NCBI GenBank assembly: GCA_022813965.1
Contig: JALDZS010000047.1
Location: 1-64,000, forward strand
Length of the DNA: 64,000 nt
Direction of reading: 5' to 3'
Origin: Toensbergia leucococca
Taxonomy: Eukaryota
Below, piece by piece: positions 59,920 to 64,000 of this stretch (position 1 is its first letter; every line of letters begins with the position of its first letter). The translations under genes and the position numbers were made by a program. The notes beneath the pieces were generated by a model. It was not told the DNA's origin. It worked only from the letters and a program-made list of their open reading frames with translations, and did no database searches.

Positions 59920-62266
59920 GCTCGCGTATTGCTTAAGATACCCCGATAGGAAGGAGGTGGTCTAACGTCCGATAGTTCCTCAAGCTCAGATTATGCCTCG
60001 AGAAAGGCCCACTGAGCTACGGTTGCTGAAGAGCAGCAAGAAACGAATGCTTTGCCAGGAAGAACGAATTGTTATCAGGAGTAGGGTGATGTTTTCCGAG
60101 GCTGATAACTTATGTGGCTTTTAGCGTAGCTATTGCAAAATGGTCTCAAGAGTAGGGTTGCGTTATTAAGTGTTGTAGAAGAAAACAAGTAATGTATATA
60201 CGGGGACTATCCGAGGAACGCGTCGCTTAGATATAACTTCTCCGGTGGTATTACAAAGATGAGCCCGATATCCCGCACCCCGAAAGACAACCTTCTTTCT
60301 AGGATGCCAATCTACTCAGAATTCATTTCCCGGCCTAGATCGGAGTTCCAAAGGTCCTAAATGAGAGATGGCATCTCCTGCCACTTTCGTCTGCACTTCT
60401 CGACGGTTGGTCGGGCTAGCCCATTGTGAAGTAGGGTATGCCCAGTCCACAAAGTTATAAAGTAACATGTAAGTTATTTCTATAACGAGGGCAAAAAGTA
60501 CCAGAGTTACTCACTGGCACACGATATATATATCCATATATTTCTTCCTTTTTTATGTTTCTGTCATATATATACTCTGGCTGAAGTGATATGATGCTGA
60601 GAAGATGCAGTGCACGATCAAAGAGGACAGGATTGAGAGACCGTAAAAGGAAAAGAGATGGAAGGAAAGAAGTTGAGCAATACCAAATAATGGTCTGATT
60701 GTTGAGAAAGATCATATCTTGGGTATCCTTTCCACTATAACCATTACTTGGATGTATAGCGAGGAACGACCAAAAGAGCTGATATCTGGCAAGGCCCCTG
60801 GAAACATTCTTAGTAAATGCTGATTCCTCTTACGTTGTTGCAGGTATCTTGTCTCAACCGGGATAGCACATTTACGAGGGGGGCCTTTGAAGCCAATGAG
60901 CTCTACGAACATTTGAGGTAAGGCGTACTCATCCTCCAAGAAGAGAAGAGGAACATCGGATTCTCTTAAGTGTCAAAATCAATCGAGAAGGAAGGTAAGA
61001 CCGAGAGGTTTGTAAAAGCGTCAGATTGCTGAAGGTTGCAACGAGAAGCCGTGGTCATGTTGTGAGAGGCGTGTGCGGATTTGGAAGTCAGAGACGAGCA
61101 GAATAGAAGACAGACGGCCATCTTCTTTATCTCTGGAGTTATGCAGGCTTTACGATTGCTGTCAAACACCCTCACATTGTCATTTGACGTCGAAAATGCT
61201 AACATGGTGGTCATCAGACTGGCTTCGAAAAGGATCGATACGATCATGATAGTCTGATTGCATATAAGTCAGCGGTCTAGAGAATGCAGGACAACAAACA
61301 TGGTTACTAATTGGACTGAGGCAGCCTGAGTGCACTTTCTTATTGATGGCCAAACACGAACTTAGAGGTTGACACGTGCAATGCTGTGGCGTGGAGACAG
61401 AGATCCCGATGAGTGGGAGAGTAGGCTCCCTGGATTTGATCGCATTCCATTGAGGTGAGGGAACAGCACGATCTAGTATGGCATTGAAGATAGTCCTTGG
61501 TCGGTCATCTCAAGGGTTTTCATTTTCTTTGGAAACACTCGACCTTGAAATCGACAGTTGGTAACATTGCTCAGTAGGTATATATGTTAGAGAAAGAATA
61601 CGGGAGCGGAATGTCGGAATGTGGGAGTGTAGGAGCGTGGATGTGGGAACATGGGAATTAAAGGGTGTGTGAATGAGGTCTGCGCATGTCTTGGAATATG
61701 GGACGGCGAATCACACTGAACGGATGAATGACGTACATAACTTAACACTTTAATCCTGTAGAGTAATACAGACCATCACATTTGCTACCTGAAAACGCAA
61801 CACTACCTACAGTATCCACTACTCAAAATAGGCCTTGAATTTCTATGCTGTATCAAAATCTCCATCGTCGAAGCCATCGTTGGCGTCTGATGATGTTGAC
61901 TTGAATAGCTTCAGTTCATATCCAGGCCACCGTAATTGAATCATAACCCTAAACCTTATGCTAATACTGATACCCATGGCAAAGGAAAAAACCCACAAGG
62001 ATAAACATTCACCGCCTTCCACCATCGCAATAAAGATCAAGTACCAAACCCCTTCCATCCCCCATTCCCCATAGCCCCTCTCAAAAATCTTGGTAAACAC
62101 CTTCCAACAGCTCCATCTACGTTTGCACAACCCCCCAAGATTCTAGGTACTGATGTATCTGCCTCACTGCCCAGGCCCTGCAATATTTGTCCATCCACCG
62201 CTAACAATCCCAATCACAGCTTGGGCATCCGCGACGGCATTCTGTGTTCATTCCTTTCGACAATCT

Positions 62267-62499
62267 CCCTTTAAAGGGCGGACCTCAGTATGAGGAGTTT
62301 TGAACTCCTGGTCGCGAGTCGGTATGCGTCAGCAGTATCACATTTTGATTCAGGGCCCTGCAAAAGGCGGACTCCAGTACCAGGAGTTTTGAGCTCTTGG
62401 TCATGCCTCAGTATAATGCGGCAGGGCCCTTCAAAGGGCGGACCTCAGTATGAGGAGTTTCGAACTCTTAGTCGCGAGTCAGTTGCGTCAGCAGTACCA
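62267..62499 (+). repeat. Three imperfect ~70-90-bp tandem units, each with an AGGAGTT-TYG-ARCTCYT hairpin
   Basis: Units start near 62267, 62356 and 62427; units 1 and 3 are near-identical over ~70 bp. Confidence 0.8.
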
Positions 62500-63176
62500 T
62501 GCACGCAGTATGGTGCAGGTATTCTGTTTTGTACTTTTTCCTCCATACTATAAAATCGAACATCGCATCGTCAAAATATATCCTTGAGAGCAACATTCTC
62601 AAACCTATTTGTGTGCATTGCTTCTTTCATCATCTGCTGCTGACACTGACACGGGCGCCTTTCATCTTCTGCTGGACTGACATGGCAGCTAAGGCAGGAC
62701 CTTGCTTCAATGCGGCAGGCTCCTGCCGCATCCCCGGCGGCCCACAAACGTCAATTCTGATAGATCAAGCGATCATCACTGACTCTACCTGGTGGAGAGG
62801 AAGTGTTGAGTCAGCTCAGGGAGGGGAAAGGGCGATTTCCTTGTTTCTGACTCTCATTGCCTAATTTTAATTGATGCATTCTTTGTTTCGTAAGAGGCGG
62901 CACTTGCGGGGCAGGGAAGAGGACAGCGGTTGAGAAAATTAATATAGCGGGTACCTGTTTTCTTAGGGGCGACCCGACTCCGCGTTTCACGCGTCAGGCT
63001 CGTTGTACTGAAATATTGCCCGGACCGCCACGCCACCACAGCGTTGCATTTCCTTGAGCAAGGCAGTGTTTCCGTGTAGGAGATTTATCCATTTGCACTC
63101 AGCCGACGATGTAGATCGTACACTTGTAACCGATTAGCTACATTTTGAACCGTGTACAAGAGCTTCTGGGGCCATC

Positions 63177-64000
63177 TCAAAGCTTGGACGTTCCCAGAGG
63201 TCGTTCGAGCATCTTGGTCTTGTGTTGATAATTTTTGACAAGCTGCCTGACGGCCAGGTCTAGCATGACGTCTTCTGAACCACCCGGGATACGGGCTACT
63301 GGTATCTCGCGGTACAGTCCTATGGTGGCGAGTAAGTAGGGAATTGTCATGGCGGGACTGACCATCGTAGTCATCTGATGAATGTGAAGACTTACGTTCT
63401 ACGAGCTCGCCCTTTCCCGTTCTCGTCAAGCCGTTCCCCCCAAACAGCAATACAGCACACCTGCCACACTCCTCCAACACCATTCCTGCGTTCGCCTTCG
63501 CCAACGCTGTCATTCCCCCTAGCTCCACATCCGCTTCCACCTTACTTAGCCTTGTCATCTGATACACAAATTGCTCTATCCAAGCCCACTGGCTCTCGAG
63601 CAAGGCCCCACATTTTGCAAGCCGATGTCTCACAACTGGCTGGTCCATCAGCGTCTTCCCAAAGGCTTCCCTCTGTAAGCAGTACTCGAATGCCGCGGCT
63701 AGGGCAACCCGAGCTTGTCGTGTAGCACCGATTGCGATTGTTAGGCGCTCATGATTGAAATTTGTCATAATGTACTTCATGCCAAGGCCTTCTTCACCAA
63801 TGAGGTTTTCAACAGGTACTTTTACATCGGAGAGGGTAATGAATGTTGTACCGCCAGAGGCTGAGCCAGTTACCTTGAGACGGCGCATGGCTACTCCAGG
63901 ATAATCGAGGAGGGGGACGAGGAGGAGAGAGAGGCCGGTAGGGCCAGGACCAGATGTGCGGACAGCCATTGTTGAATATGTAGACCAGACGCCGTTTGTG
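63177..64000 (-). CDS. Acyl-CoA dehydrogenase, 3' part (runs off the window)
   Basis: VKVPVENLIGEEGLG, FNHERL, REAFGKTL.DQPVVRHRLA and LFGGNG motifs; last exon LYREIPVARIPGGSEDVMLDL. Confidence 0.92.

Noticed and set aside
60712..61247. Possible decayed kinase-like gene (QMFVELIGFKGPP)
   Set aside because: Short fragments without recognisable catalytic motifs.

Overview
Filamentous ascomycete (Pezizomycotina) genomic DNA with GT..AG introns and CTRAC/CTAAT branch sites. Positions 1-24.8 kb hold ordinary genes: a BBE-like FAD oxidoreductase, ClC chloride channel, ethanolamine kinase, a fungal-luciferase (Luz/DUF5519)-like gene, a DUF3405 protein, an aldo-keto reductase, tRNA-Ser(AGA), endopolyphosphatase PPN1 and an MFS pump. 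Positions 52-64 kb hold a PTH11-like membrane protein, an amino-acid/choline permease, a TET/JBP-like 2OG-Fe(II) dioxygenase with a zinc finger and a partial acyl-CoA dehydrogenase. Between them (~25-51 kb) is an accessory island with RIP-like scars. Its main feature is four co-oriented, unrelated orphan genes (RGG/Zn-finger protein, two coiled-coil proteins, a GIY-YIG-like protein). Each is followed by the same kind of tail: an array of hairpins with a GTCAHT hexaloop, closed by a ~65-nt two-hairpin element whose stems covary among copies. A shared head (upstream region plus first exon MSPSxFKGAKK) occurs three times. I infer an undescribed family of cargo-swapping gene cassettes or non-autonomous mobile elements defined by single-stranded structure; no mobilising enzyme is visible in the window. 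All family assignments come from motif recognition by eye, not database searches.
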